A stretch of DNA of 64,000 bases from a virus (lineage: Duplodnaviria > Caudoviricetes). The stretch is taken from the IMG/VR virus record IMGVR_UViG_3300050029_000197, positions 1,531 through 65,530 of that record, one strand, 5' to 3'. Positions 8,392-18,155 of this stretch are shown here, piece by piece. The translations under genes were made by a program, and so were the position numbers. Each line of letters opens with the position of its first letter. The first letter of the stretch is position 1. The notes beneath the pieces are model-generated. The model saw nothing but the letters and a program-made list of their open reading frames with translations. It was not told where the DNA came from and did no database searches.

Positions 8392-8413
8392 ACGGTACAG
8401 GACGGCTGAGACA
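8392..8413 (-). promoter_or_regulatory. class M promoter motif
   Basis: TGTCTCAG-N8-TACCGT, recurring with identical spacing elsewhere. Confidence 0.65.
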
Positions 8414-8416
8414 GAA

Positions 8417-8707
8417 TCAGTCGTCGTCGGCTTCGTCGACGAGCTTCCGGCCGGCGACGACCTGCTGTTGCATCAGCGACTTCGACTTGTCGAACGCCTC
8501 GGCGAGTTGATTCAGCCCGACCCCACCGAGGTTCGCGTCGAAGATCGCGATCGATCGCTGATCGACGATGCGGGCGCGGAGCTCGTCGACGTCATCGAGG
8601 AGCTTGTCGAGCACGAGACCGCGCCCGAGCGGGTCCGCGATCTCCTTCGCACGTTCGAGCCGTCTCTCTACCGAGTACGCCATTTCGTCTCTCCCCACAT
8701 CGTCCAT
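8417..8707 (-). CDS. hypothetical protein with C-terminal HTH
   Basis: 'GVGLNQLAEAFDKSKSLMQQ' HTH-like. Confidence 0.55.
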   Translation of the reverse strand: MDDVGRDEMAYSVERRLERAKEIADPLGRGLVLDKLLDDVDELRARIVDQRSIAIFDANLGGVGLNQLAEAFDKSKSLMQQQVVAGRKLVDEADDD

Positions 8708-8765
8708 GACGTGAGCAGCGTCGGATACCACCAGAGCCACCTCGGAGAGTCAGCGAACATGATGA

Positions 8766-9293
8766 CTATACCCCGCGGGTGTTCTGATGGGTGTTCGACG
8801 ACAGCTCGACCCGTTCGTTCCTGGCGCGTCTCCCCCATCGGCGGCGCGGTTTCGGTGCTTCGATGATCGTCGGTCGGGGCGCTTCGAGCATCCGGAGTGC
8901 GGTGCGGAGGTCGGTGAGCGCGTTCTGACGTTCGATCGCGAGCGCCTGATACAGGTCGCGCTCCGCGCGCGCCCGCGCCAGGTCCACGCGCTGGGTCTCG
9001 ACCTCGGCTCGAAGATTCTCGTCGGGGTCTTGGGCGCGCTCCCCCATCGCGGGCGCGTCCGGCTCCGGATGCTGGATCTTGTGCGGATGCAGGCCGGCGC
9101 CGAGAAGGTCGTCGATCGGGATGACCCACGTCCCGCCACCCTGGCCTCTCGGGCCTTCGAGCTGGCGGGCGTTCGGGAACGTGCCCGCATCGAGGCGACG
9201 TCTGATCGTGATCCGTGCGACACCGCACGCCTCGGCCGCGGCGGTCAGGGTGAGCTCGGGCCGGCGGACCTGTTGGTCCTCGTCTGGTTGCAT
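8766..9293 (-). CDS. excisionase/MerR-like HTH protein with coiled coil
   Basis: 'LTLTAAAEACGVARITIRRRLDAG...WVIPIDDL' then a coiled-coil segment. Confidence 0.7.
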   Translation of the reverse strand: MQPDEDQQVRRPELTLTAAAEACGVARITIRRRLDAGTFPNARQLEGPRGQGGGTWVIPIDDLLGAGLHPHKIQHPEPDAPAMGERAQDPDENLRAEVETQRVDLARARAERDLYQALAIERQNALTDLRTALRMLEAPRPTIIEAPKPRRRWGRRARNERVELSSNTHQNTRGV

Positions 9294-9416
9294 GCACGCG
9301 AAAGCCTTACACGCTGCCCTACGCCTGTCCACAATCGAGGACGCGCGAGGCTGGTCACGCGGCGTGTGTGCCGTCTACAGCCGTTCCGGCCGTGCAGCGT
9401 ACGGCGGTGAGCGCGT

Positions 9417-9890
9417 TCAGGCCGCGACGAGTACCAGGCGCGCGATCTGCGGTGGGACATACCAGGCGCCCCGCTGCAACCCGGGCGCCGGGACCGGCTC
9501 CTCGAGGAGCTGCGGGTCGTAGAGCTGGTAATGGAAGCCGCCACTCCCCCACGGCCGACAACACCCACGATCCGGGTGCACGTCGACGAGGTGAGCGGTC
9601 GCGATGATCCCGCCCGTCGCCTCGGTGATCCGGGCCCACAGCACAGAGTCGGCCCGATGCAGGCGGCAGTCGCGCGCGGCAGTCTCCCACGGCTGGCCGC
9701 TACAGGTGCAGTCCAGCGCGGCCCGGACGTGTTCCAGGCGCAGCGCGCTCAGGTCCCACGGGCCGCTGGAGTAGAGCGCGATCAGACCACGCTCGGCGGT
9801 CGGCTCCGCAAGGTCGATGATCGATGTCGCGCCCGTCGCGGCGAGCCAACCCCACGGCGGTCGAAGCGTAATCGCTCGCACCTGGCTCAC
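9417..9890 (-). CDS. ASCH/PUA-like domain protein (degenerate)
   Basis: 'RAITLRPPWGWL...GGIIATAHLVDV...LEEPVPAPG..G.W'. Confidence 0.7.
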   Translation of the reverse strand: MSQVRAITLRPPWGWLAATGATSIIDLAEPTAERGLIALYSSGPWDLSALRLEHVRAALDCTCSGQPWETAARDCRLHRADSVLWARITEATGGIIATAHLVDVHPDRGCCRPWGSGGFHYQLYDPQLLEEPVPAPGLQRGAWYVPPQIARLVLVAA

Positions 9891-10077
9891 CTCCCCTCGG
9901 CGACAGCGCGTCGTCCCTGCTCCTCAAGGGTACAGGACGGTTAGCCCCATGTCACCGCGATATATCGCGGGTCGGGCGCGGCGGGGGAGTAGAGGGGGGC
10001 GCGAGCGGCAAGCGCGACGATCCACGTGAATCATCGCGAGCGCGGTTGAGCGTCCTGAGTCGGACTCGCGACCTAGA

Positions 10078-10647
10078 TCAGCCGCCTGCGTAGCACCCGT
10101 CGCCATACCAGTTGCTGGCCCCGCGCCCGCCGGCGAACACAATCGCTGCTCGTTCATTCTGGACGCTCGGCGGAGCATCCTTGGCATGGCGATAGCCGCC
10201 ATAGCCCGCCCACGTGTCGTCTGTGAACTGCCAGAGCCCACTCGAGCTCGAGGTCGGGTTCTGCGCCGTCGGCGTACCGTGCGACTCGTGGATGAGCGTG
10301 CAGCACGAGGGAAGTGATCCGCCACACGGATAGCCGTTGACCGCCCCCGCGCTAACGACGGTGCTCCCTGAGGCGGTCTGAGAGGGGCGTAGCGTCGTGC
10401 TCGTCGTCGGCGGGTGTGCCGCGGCGACGAACGCCCAGACGGCCGCCTCGTCGACGGTGGTCGTCGTGACCGGCACGGTCGTCGCCGACGTCGAGCTCGG
10501 CGCCGGGGGGTGTGCCGATTGTGCCGATACCACATCAGGCGCGACCCTGATCCTGGATCGCGAGCTAGGGGAGTGGGCGCCCAACGGAGCGGCGAGCAGC
10601 CCGAGGATGGCGACCAGCCCGAGGGCCGATCCCACCCGTCCCCGCAT
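10078..10647 (-). CDS. secreted Rpf-like/lytic transglycosylase domain protein
   Basis: Signal peptide, Thr-rich linker, 'HESHG...NPTSSSSGLWQFTDDTW..YGG...A..APPSVQ...GASNW'. Confidence 0.85.
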   Translation of the reverse strand: MRGRVGSALGLVAILGLLAAPLGAHSPSSRSRIRVAPDVVSAQSAHPPAPSSTSATTVPVTTTTVDEAAVWAFVAAAHPPTTSTTLRPSQTASGSTVVSAGAVNGYPCGGSLPSCCTLIHESHGTPTAQNPTSSSSGLWQFTDDTWAGYGGYRHAKDAPPSVQNERAAIVFAGGRGASNWYGDGCYAGG

Positions 10648-10750
10648 CTACCGGCGCCTCGCTCGGCTATCAGAGGTTCGCGTGAGCGCGCGGCGGTGCT
10701 GATCCAGGGTCAGATCCATGCGCCCATGATGCAGGAGCACTGCGACAGGA

Positions 10751-11035
10751 TCAGGCCGCCAGCCACTCCACGTAGTGCTCACCCCAAATCGCGAGCGGAT
10801 GCACCCCCAACTTCACGGCGATCCGATCAGCCCACCGCAACGGGATCCGGCCCGACGTCCGCCAACGGACCACCGTGCGATCCGAACAGCCAGCCAGGTC
10901 GGCGAAGTCCTGACGGTGATACGGCCACTCGCGCGAGCTCATCCCGCGGCCGCCGGTACCGACCTGCTCACAGAAGTGGGGGCCGAGGAACCGTTCGAGC
11001 GGCTCGAGCGGGAGCTCGAAATCGTTGACGGTCAC
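10751..11035 (-). CDS. HTH DNA-binding protein (Cro/Ner-like)
   Basis: 'DFADLAGCSDRTVVRW...WADRIAVKLGVHPLAIWG'; resembles 63424..63711. Confidence 0.7.
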   Translation of the reverse strand: MTVNDFELPLEPLERFLGPHFCEQVGTGGRGMSSREWPYHRQDFADLAGCSDRTVVRWRTSGRIPLRWADRIAVKLGVHPLAIWGEHYVEWLAA

Positions 11036-11742
11036 GACGACACCAGCATCGGCGGTGGGGGAGGGGACCCGGCGTCGGTCCACTCGCGGTGGGTCATGCC
11101 GTGCAGCGTCCAGGGTGGGGGAGTGGGGTCGGCCGTGTCGCGCTCTCGGGTGGTGCAATCACACGCGCGGTCGACGACGCTGGCGACCATCTTGCCGAGC
11201 TCGTCGAGGCCGGTACCGCGGCCGGGAATCGTGCCTCCGCCCTGGCACTGCGGGCAGTCGGGGTCCGGGTCTCCTGTGGAAAACTCCGCGGTCTTGTTCT
11301 GCTTGGGCTCTTCTTGAGTTCGGGTCGCGTGGCGCGACCCCTTTGGTCGCGTGGTGCCAGAGGAGGGGTCGCGTGATGACACCCCTCGGTTCGAGAAGGG
11401 GGTCGCGTAGTGCGACTCCTCCTCCTCGTCGTCCACAGGCATTCCCTTACGCCCGCGCGGGTCGTAATGGATCGGGACCGCGGGAAAGAGCATCCGGTAT
11501 CGGGTCGTGCTACCTCGGCGCTCTTCGAGGACCTCGAGATATCCATCCTTGACAAGCGACTGCAGCGCGCGCCGGGCCGATGCTTCGCTGCAACGTGCCT
11601 TGCGAGCGAGTTTCTCGACCGACGACCAGAGCTCGTAACGATGCTGCTCGTTGGCGGAGTCGCCGAGAGCGCAGTGAACCTGAAAAGTCGTGCCGTCGAA
11701 AGCCGAGTAGGAGAACACCCAGCCGATCGCATCGCTACTCAA
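11032..11742 (-). CDS. phage replication initiator (HTH_36/RepA-like)
   Basis: 'MS..AIGWV...VHCALGDSANE...WSSVEKLARKARCSEASARRALQSLVKDGYL...STTRY'; contains internal iterons. Confidence 0.8.
   Translation of the reverse strand: MSSDAIGWVFSYSAFDGTTFQVHCALGDSANEQHRYELWSSVEKLARKARCSEASARRALQSLVKDGYLEVLEERRGSTTRYRMLFPAVPIHYDPRGRKGMPVDDEEEESHYATPFSNRGVSSRDPSSGTTRPKGSRHATRTQEEPKQNKTAEFSTGDPDPDCPQCQGGGTIPGRGTGLDELGKMVASVVDRACDCTTRERDTADPTPPPWTLHGMTHREWTDAGSPPPPPMLVSS
11323..11416. repeat. iteron array, probable replication origin inside the rep gene
   Basis: GGTCGCGT(G/A) at 11323, 11345, 11367 and 11401 (spacing 22, 22, 34 bp), partly palindromic, next to a pyrimidine-rich tract at 11292-11320. 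Confidence 0.7.
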
Positions 11743-11978
11743 CGGTCAGCCTCCAGGTCCTGCAGCGGACGGTCACACACGTGGGATTCTTGCCACCGAC
11801 GTATGGTTTACGCCACCCTCGCGCGGTCTGTCCAGCCCGTCAACCACCTCGCGCGGACCGCGCGACCAGCCCAAACGTCATCGCGCGGAGCGCGCGAGAC
11901 GCGGCCAGGACTGACGAACGAGGGCGGACCTCGACGAAGACCCAACCCGTGTGGTCTATCTCTATCTCAGGTTGAGGG

Positions 11979-12101
11979 TTAGTCGTCGATCGCCCAGAAG
12001 ATCAGCGCGAACCCGGCCAGCATCACCAGCGCGAGGCCAACGATCGCGGCCAACACTTGCCACTCGGGCGCGGTTGCCATGAACCAGGTGACCCAACTCA
12101 C
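11979..12101 (-). CDS. small membrane protein (40 aa)
   Basis: VSWVTWFMATAPEWQVLAAIVGLALVMLAGFALIFWAIDD, one hydrophobic helix. Confidence 0.5.
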   Translation of the reverse strand: MSWVTWFMATAPEWQVLAAIVGLALVMLAGFALIFWAIDD

Positions 12102-12143
12102 GACACAACCGCGCGCGCTGTCTCTCCGTCGACGTGAGCCATA

Positions 12144-12671
12144 TCAGAACGGCTCTTCGCCGTAGTCGTCGAGGCCCGGGTCGTAGGCGGTGGACGCTCC
12201 CGTCGGGGCGCCGGCAGGGGGGCCTTCGTCGTAGTCGTCGTCGACGGGGTGCGTCGGCGCCTCGTAGCGGGCGACGTACTCCTTCGGCGGGTTGAATGCC
12301 CGGTTTGTCGCTTCGCCCTCGCGGAGGAACTTCATGCCGAGTTTCCCGCCGATGCCGACACCTCCCGCACCCGACTTCTTCACCGCCGTCGAGAGGGCTT
12401 CGCGCATCCCCTTGGAGCCGACGTAGAGCTTGCGGACGCCGCTGTCGTTCTCCGCCTGCTGGTCGCGCTCATCGGTTTGGAGCGTGATGATCATCTGCAT
12501 CATCGGAGAGCCGTCGTCCCAGGTCTTCGGCTTGTTGTTCGCCGGGTCACGTTGCTGTCCCATCTCGACGGCCATGATCTGGCCGTGGTGCTCGTCGCCC
12601 AGGTTGAGGAACGAACACGAGGGGACGCTCGACCCCATCAGCCAGCCGTTCGCTTCGTCGATTGCACCCAT
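12144..12671 (-). CDS. phage single-stranded DNA-binding protein
   Basis: 'KPKTWDDGSPMMQMIITLQTD...DSGVRKLYV' plus acidic tail ending 'EEPF'. Confidence 0.75.
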   Translation of the reverse strand: MGAIDEANGWLMGSSVPSCSFLNLGDEHHGQIMAVEMGQQRDPANNKPKTWDDGSPMMQMIITLQTDERDQQAENDSGVRKLYVGSKGMREALSTAVKKSGAGGVGIGGKLGMKFLREGEATNRAFNPPKEYVARYEAPTHPVDDDYDEGPPAGAPTGASTAYDPGLDDYGEEPF

Positions 12672-12717
12672 TGCGTCACTCCCATCGGTCTATCCCCCAG
12701 GTCATAGCTACGTCGGG

Positions 12718-12736
12718 GGTATAGGGAGACTATATC
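12718..12736 (-). promoter_or_regulatory. class E promoter/operator variant
   Basis: GGTATAG-GGAGA-CTATATC upstream of the SSB gene. Confidence 0.6.
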
Positions 12737-12834
12737 CGAGGGGTGCGCCAGTGATCCTGCCGCGCGCCCGCGCGCCTGGCGCGCGATCCAGGGGTCCACT
12801 TGACGCCTGTCCGTGGTCGCGTACACTTGGGGAC

Positions 12835-13254
12835 GTGAGCACCGGGACCATCCGAGACGCGTCGGTCGGCGCGCTTCTCCTCACCACGAAGCAGGTCGCC
12901 GCCTACGCGGGCGTGTCCGTTCGCCAACTTGACCACTGGGTCCGGATCGGCGAGGTGATCCAGCCGTCCACGACGCCGTGGCAGGGGTCCGGGAACCATC
13001 GGCTCTGGACGGCGGAGGAGGCCCGGGTCGTGCGGGTCCTCGGTCAGCTTGCCGCCGCCCGCGCCCCGCTGAGCGCGCTCGCCGCCGCCGCCGAGGTGCT
13101 GATCTCGGACGTGCCCCGGGTGGGGGACTCGCGCTGGATTGTCGTCGACCGCGATCGGGCTGAGCTTGTCGCGCTCAAGGACCTGCGCCGCGTCGCGGGC
13201 ACCGCCGGCTATTGGTTCGTGCCCCTCGCCATTGGGGCCGAACCCGCCGCGTAG
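12835..13254 (+). CDS. MerR-family HTH regulator, divergently oriented
   Basis: 'LTTKQVAAYAGVSVRQLDHWVRIG.VIQPS...GSGNHRLW' typical actinobacterial MerR HTH. Confidence 0.85.
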   Translation: MSTGTIRDASVGALLLTTKQVAAYAGVSVRQLDHWVRIGEVIQPSTTPWQGSGNHRLWTAEEARVVRVLGQLAAARAPLSALAAAAEVLISDVPRVGDSRWIVVDRDRAELVALKDLRRVAGTAGYWFVPLAIGAEPAA

Positions 13255-13257
13255 ATT

Positions 13258-14829
13258 CTAGATGCCGACGATGCCGTTGAGTTCGAGGGTCCGGACCCGG
13301 CGGGCGAGCTGGCGGAGATCCTCGTAGCCATTCGGCCGGAAAATCGGGTCGCCGGGCAGCACCTCCGACAACGTCGCGCCGGACACCTTCACCAGCCCGT
13401 CGTCGGCGACCGTGAACGTCGCGGCGGTGATGCGGTACTCGGTCGCCGGGAAACGATCCGACGGGATCACCAGATCGACATCATTAGCGATCACCTGGAC
13501 GATGTCGCCGACCTTCCAGGTCCCGAACGTCGCCTCCGGATGCGCCACGTCAACGTCAGCGGTCAACGTGACAAGCGCCCGCGCGTTGCGCGCCGCGCCG
13601 GCCTCGGCGGCGGCGAACAGGGCGGCCGCGTCGGTCGTGTCCTTCTGCGCCAGGACCACCTCGAGCATCGGGCCGGTCAACGGGCCGTCCGCCGACTGCA
13701 ACGCTGGCGTCGTGCTCGTGCTCGCACCCGCGACCCACGCCCGGCGCGCACGGGCGGTGCCGTCACGCGACACGCCGGTGATCGTGATCGCCTTGCCGTG
13801 CTCCCACGTCTGATCGAGCACGACGCCCATGCGCGGATACCAAAAGTCGACGGTGCGGGTCACCTCGGCGCCCGGGCTGCCGTGCGCGCCCCAATCAAGC
13901 GTGAGGGCGAAGTCGAACCCGTCACTGAACGCCGAGAGTTTCTGCAACTGGGCGAGGATCGACGTCAACTGTGTTGGTGTCCACGCCAGGTTGCGGAGGA
14001 TGCCAGTCGACGGGCCGGGCAGGCTGCGGGTCGTTGCCCCGAAGTCGGGTGCGTGAGCGACGAGGAAACCGGCGAGGTCAACCTGCTCCATCGCGGTGAT
14101 CGTCGACGTGTCATGCAGGAACACGCGGGCGAGGTAGCCGATGAGCTCCGGGCCCGACAGCTCCCACCCTTTCGACGACCATTTCGACGACTCGACCACC
14201 CCGCCGAACAGGGGAGGGTCGTCGCCGTACCCGACGTAGATGACCGATTCCCACTCGTCGAGAAGCTGGCCGAGGCGCGGGTCGCCAGTCTTCACGGTCG
14301 CGGACCAGGTGCCGGCCCGGTCAAGTATCGGCGTCCATGACGCGGCGGTGAGTTCCACCTCGTCAACGACCTGCAAACTGCCGACCGAACCAATGTAGTA
14401 ACGCAGCCCCTTCGGTCGGCGGGGCGTGAAAACGGAGGGGACGATATGCACGGCGGGCACGACGGACGTGTACCGGTAATGGTCGGGTGCGCTGATCGCC
14501 GACGTCGCGACCGGGGTCGTGACGCGCACGTCGATCGTGCCCGGCGCACCCGCGGGCGCGACCGCGGTGATCTGTGTGTCCGCATCGACCGTGAACACGG
14601 ACGCGGGTGTCGTGCCGAACGTGACGTCGGTGGTGCCGGTGAATCCGACGCCGGTGATCGTGACCGACGTGCCACCCAACTGGGGCCCGTTGTTCGGTGC
14701 GAGCGCGGTAACCACCGGCGATGTCGGCGGGGTGACGCCGCCGAGATGATCGAGGACGAGCGCGTCGCCGGACCCGTCGATGAGGAGATGATCGCCACCC
14801 GGATCGATGAGGAGAAAGTCGTCGGGCAT
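13258..14829 (-). CDS. minor tail/hub protein with N-terminal IPT/TIG domain
   Basis: 'PVVTALAPNNGPQLGGTSVTITGVGFTG...ITAVAPAG' IPT/TIG; C-terminal part resembles actinophage minor tail proteins. Confidence 0.7.
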   Translation of the reverse strand: MPDDFLLIDPGGDHLLIDGSGDALVLDHLGGVTPPTSPVVTALAPNNGPQLGGTSVTITGVGFTGTTDVTFGTTPASVFTVDADTQITAVAPAGAPGTIDVRVTTPVATSAISAPDHYRYTSVVPAVHIVPSVFTPRRPKGLRYYIGSVGSLQVVDEVELTAASWTPILDRAGTWSATVKTGDPRLGQLLDEWESVIYVGYGDDPPLFGGVVESSKWSSKGWELSGPELIGYLARVFLHDTSTITAMEQVDLAGFLVAHAPDFGATTRSLPGPSTGILRNLAWTPTQLTSILAQLQKLSAFSDGFDFALTLDWGAHGSPGAEVTRTVDFWYPRMGVVLDQTWEHGKAITITGVSRDGTARARRAWVAGASTSTTPALQSADGPLTGPMLEVVLAQKDTTDAAALFAAAEAGAARNARALVTLTADVDVAHPEATFGTWKVGDIVQVIANDVDLVIPSDRFPATEYRITAATFTVADDGLVKVSGATLSEVLPGDPIFRPNGYEDLRQLARRVRTLELNGIVGI

Positions 14830-14831
14830 CT

Positions 14832-17800
14832 CTACGATCCGAAGTCCGAGTAGAGGCGGCCGGGCCCGCCGAACAGGTCCGCGTAGGTGACGACACGACC
14901 GTTGAGGCCGTAGAAGTTGAGCGACCCGGCCGCGACGATCACCACGTCCGTCTCGGATGACGTGTCGTAGGTCGACGAGCCGCCGTAGCTGGCGGTCACG
15001 TTGTAGATGCCGTTCGTGAGCGTGCCGCCGGGGACGGTGAGCGTCGCGGTCGCCTGATTCGGTCCGGACGGTACAAGAGTGCCCGCGCCGAGGATGTCGA
15101 CACCGTCATCGAACATGACCGGGCCGGTCGGCGCGCCGTGCGTGAAGTCGCCGGTCACGGTCGCGGTCAACACGAGCGGTGTCGCGGTTGTCGGTAGCGG
15201 GTTCGGTGATGCGACGAGCGCGGTGACCGTCGCGGGCAGGTCCGGGACCTGCGAATCGATCGCGCCGGTCCACCGGTTCCCGGAGATCGCCCAGTGTGTG
15301 ACCCATGCGGGCGGCGGATCCGCCCACGGTGGCGGACCGCCCGGCCAATACAGCCCGTAGGAGCCGGTACCGGCGTTCGGTGTGCCACCCGGGTGCGTTT
15401 TGAACGCGTGACGGTTGCCGGTGATCGTGACCCGATCCCATGACGACTCGATCAGCGGCTCGAGACGGCCGGGCTTGACGCCCGCACCGTCGTAGAGCTT
15501 CCCGGACGTGTTCACGTTGTCGACGACGGTGAGGCCCGTGCGCGGCATCATCGTGCCGGCCGTGTCGGCCTTCCCGCGGCCGCACGCCATGTGCATGTGA
15601 CCGAAAACGATCGTGTTCGAGTCGAGCGTCAGGTCACGCCACCGGGCGAACGGGCCGAGCTGCCACGGCTGATTCGTGAGCGTCATGAGCGCCGGTTGCG
15701 ACAGGCGCAGCCAGCCGGCGTCAAGGTTCACCTCCTTGACGTAGGTGCCGTCGGGCAACGCCGGCGTCGAGATGAGCGCCTGGCCGGCGTCGTAATACTT
15801 CGACTTGTGCGTCGTGAACGTCACGAACGGCGACCCGACCGTCGTGTTCAGGTCGGTTCCGGTCGTCGGCGGCGCGTACTTGCCGCCTTCGCTCGCGATG
15901 GACAGGAACCCGTAGCCGCTTTGCGACAGCGTGTTCCGGTGCAAGGTGACGCCGAGCATCACACCCCACGGTGTCTCCGAGTCGAAAACCTGGTGCCGGC
16001 ACCCGGAGATGTTGCAGTCCTCGACGAGCATGTCGACCGCGTCCTGACAGGTGATGCCCTGCCGGCCGCATTTCGTCATCGTGACCCGCAGCACCTGCAG
16101 ATCCCAGTTATGGAAGTCGGCGAGAACATTGAACGCCGGCTTCGGACTGCGGACGTTCGTGTAGAGGAAGTCGCCCCATATCGTGCGGATCTCGAGGTCT
16201 TGGATCGTGCACGCGCGCGAGCCGCCGACCGTGATCCCATGCCACGGCTCGCGGCCGGCCTGCACACCGTCGGCGGTGTGATTGCCGAGACGGTTGCCGC
16301 CCTGGATACCACCGCCCGGTCGTGAGGTGAGGATCCGTACCCGGGTCGTGAGGCCCGCACCCCACGTTCCCGGAACGAACGTGTTCCCGGTCGCGACCGG
16401 CCAGAAGCCGGGCGACTGGATCGCGAGCATCGCGAACCCGAACGCGCGGCGCGGCTGCACCATGTAGTCGGTGAAGTGGATCACCTGCCCGACCGTCGTG
16501 TATTGGGGCGCCGTCTTCATCGTGATCTTGCGGTGTGCGGTGTCGACACCCCATGTGACCGTGTCGATCGCGAAGTTGGTCGGGATGACCGTGGGGCTTC
16601 CACCGCCCGCCTTCGCGGGGTTGTAGAAGACGATCGTCGCGTCGACCCACGTCGAATCCGCGGTGACGGTCAGCGCGGTCACGTTCGGGCTACCGACCGT
16701 GAGCGTCCCGTCGAACAGGACGGTCGCGCCGCCGACGAGCGTCGCTTTGAGCGGTACGACGCCGCCGAGCTGCGCGTTCTGTGACGCGACGAACGCCGTA
16801 CCCGATTGGGACAGCACGGTCGTCGTGACTGGCGTCACCCCCACCTTGAGCGGGAACGGGGCCAGCACGAACGACGCGGCGAGTTTCCCGGCCGCCCATG
16901 CGAGATCGACGACGTTCGTCATCTGCTGATCGGCGACCGTGCCGTCGTGGAGCGTGAGGACCGCGGTCGTGACGGTCCCGATCGCGGCGATCGGCAGGTT
17001 CGCGGTCGGGGAGCTCGACAAGGTTCCGTGTGCCGCATCGACGACGGTGCCGACGTATGCGGGGAACGGGATGCCGGCGAGGTCGTCGGTGATGAGCCGC
17101 CCGACGTCGGCGCTGGTGAGCGCGGCGGTCGCGCTCGAGAAGTTCGCGGACGCGGCCGCGACGTGACCGTCCGCTGCGGTGATGCGCGTCGCGGCACCTC
17201 GATATATCTGGACGTTCGTGATGTCTTTCGACCCTTGGGTCGTGTCGCCGATGATCCAGAAGTATTTGTTGCCGTTGTTCTGTGACCAGTTCTGCTGGAA
17301 GGTCGCACCGTTGCGGTCGAGGTCGAGATCGGACCAGAAGTGCGCCGGCATGGCGGGCCATACGACTGTTCCCGACCCGTTCTTCACCGCCGTACCCGCA
17401 GCCGCGCGACCGACCCGCAGGCCGGACTCGAGCGGATAGATCGCGTCGGCGGTGAGAAGCACCCGGTTCGGGTCGCCGAGCACACCAGACGCGACGGGCG
17501 GGCACGTGACCGCCTGCGTGACCCACGACCCGTTGGGAGTCGTGTCGAGCACGGTGACGGTCGACGAGCCGAACACGGCAGCGACGGTGTGCGCGACGCC
17601 GCCGACCTTGATTGGGATAGCGCCGGTCACGCGTGCCGGGTTCGACAGGGTGATCGTTGCGCCCGCGTACGACGAGACGGTCGTGCCCGCGAGGAAGTAG
17701 AGGGCGCTCGTCCCGTTCGTGAGCCAGTAGTTGAGCGGGTCGGATACGTCCGCGAACCAGGTCACGATCTGATCGGCGATCGTCCAGCGCGATTTGCCGC

Positions 17801-18155
17801 CGAGGGTCACGGTGCGGGCGCCGCCGTTCATCGTCTGCACGTAGCCGGCGCCGTCGTCGATGAGGTACCCCTTCGGCAAGGGCGGTACGCCGACGGTGAA
17901 GTCGCCAGAGAAGGCGGTCATGCCGCCGAGCCATCCGGCCTTCGGTGTCAACGGGTTCCCGAGCACGTCGCGGACGTTCGACAGGACGGCGGAGTCTTTC
18001 GTCAGGTCCGCGAGGAAGTAGTCGGTTCCGCCGATCCAGTCGGACGCGACGGTGAGGCCCGGCGGCGGCGCGATGAAGTTCGGATGGCCGGGCAGGAGAT
18101 GGTCGTAGCCGAGTGCGTCGGTCACGACAAATGGGACCGGCCAGGTCGTCCCCAT
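14832..18155 (-). CDS. large receptor-binding/tailspike-like protein with parallel beta-helix and C-terminal Ig-like domain
   Basis: 'HGITVGGSRACTIQDLEIRTIWGDFLY...RQGITC' beta-helix repeats; 'ASPNP...LTATVTG...PTGPVMFDDG...YNVTASYGGSSTY' Big_3-like. Confidence 0.65.
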   Translation of the reverse strand: MGTTWPVPFVVTDALGYDHLLPGHPNFIAPPPGLTVASDWIGGTDYFLADLTKDSAVLSNVRDVLGNPLTPKAGWLGGMTAFSGDFTVGVPPLPKGYLIDDGAGYVQTMNGGARTVTLGGKSRWTIADQIVTWFADVSDPLNYWLTNGTSALYFLAGTTVSSYAGATITLSNPARVTGAIPIKVGGVAHTVAAVFGSSTVTVLDTTPNGSWVTQAVTCPPVASGVLGDPNRVLLTADAIYPLESGLRVGRAAAGTAVKNGSGTVVWPAMPAHFWSDLDLDRNGATFQQNWSQNNGNKYFWIIGDTTQGSKDITNVQIYRGAATRITAADGHVAAASANFSSATAALTSADVGRLITDDLAGIPFPAYVGTVVDAAHGTLSSSPTANLPIAAIGTVTTAVLTLHDGTVADQQMTNVVDLAWAAGKLAASFVLAPFPLKVGVTPVTTTVLSQSGTAFVASQNAQLGGVVPLKATLVGGATVLFDGTLTVGSPNVTALTVTADSTWVDATIVFYNPAKAGGGSPTVIPTNFAIDTVTWGVDTAHRKITMKTAPQYTTVGQVIHFTDYMVQPRRAFGFAMLAIQSPGFWPVATGNTFVPGTWGAGLTTRVRILTSRPGGGIQGGNRLGNHTADGVQAGREPWHGITVGGSRACTIQDLEIRTIWGDFLYTNVRSPKPAFNVLADFHNWDLQVLRVTMTKCGRQGITCQDAVDMLVEDCNISGCRHQVFDSETPWGVMLGVTLHRNTLSQSGYGFLSIASEGGKYAPPTTGTDLNTTVGSPFVTFTTHKSKYYDAGQALISTPALPDGTYVKEVNLDAGWLRLSQPALMTLTNQPWQLGPFARWRDLTLDSNTIVFGHMHMACGRGKADTAGTMMPRTGLTVVDNVNTSGKLYDGAGVKPGRLEPLIESSWDRVTITGNRHAFKTHPGGTPNAGTGSYGLYWPGGPPPWADPPPAWVTHWAISGNRWTGAIDSQVPDLPATVTALVASPNPLPTTATPLVLTATVTGDFTHGAPTGPVMFDDGVDILGAGTLVPSGPNQATATLTVPGGTLTNGIYNVTASYGGSSTYDTSSETDVVIVAAGSLNFYGLNGRVVTYADLFGGPGRLYSDFGS

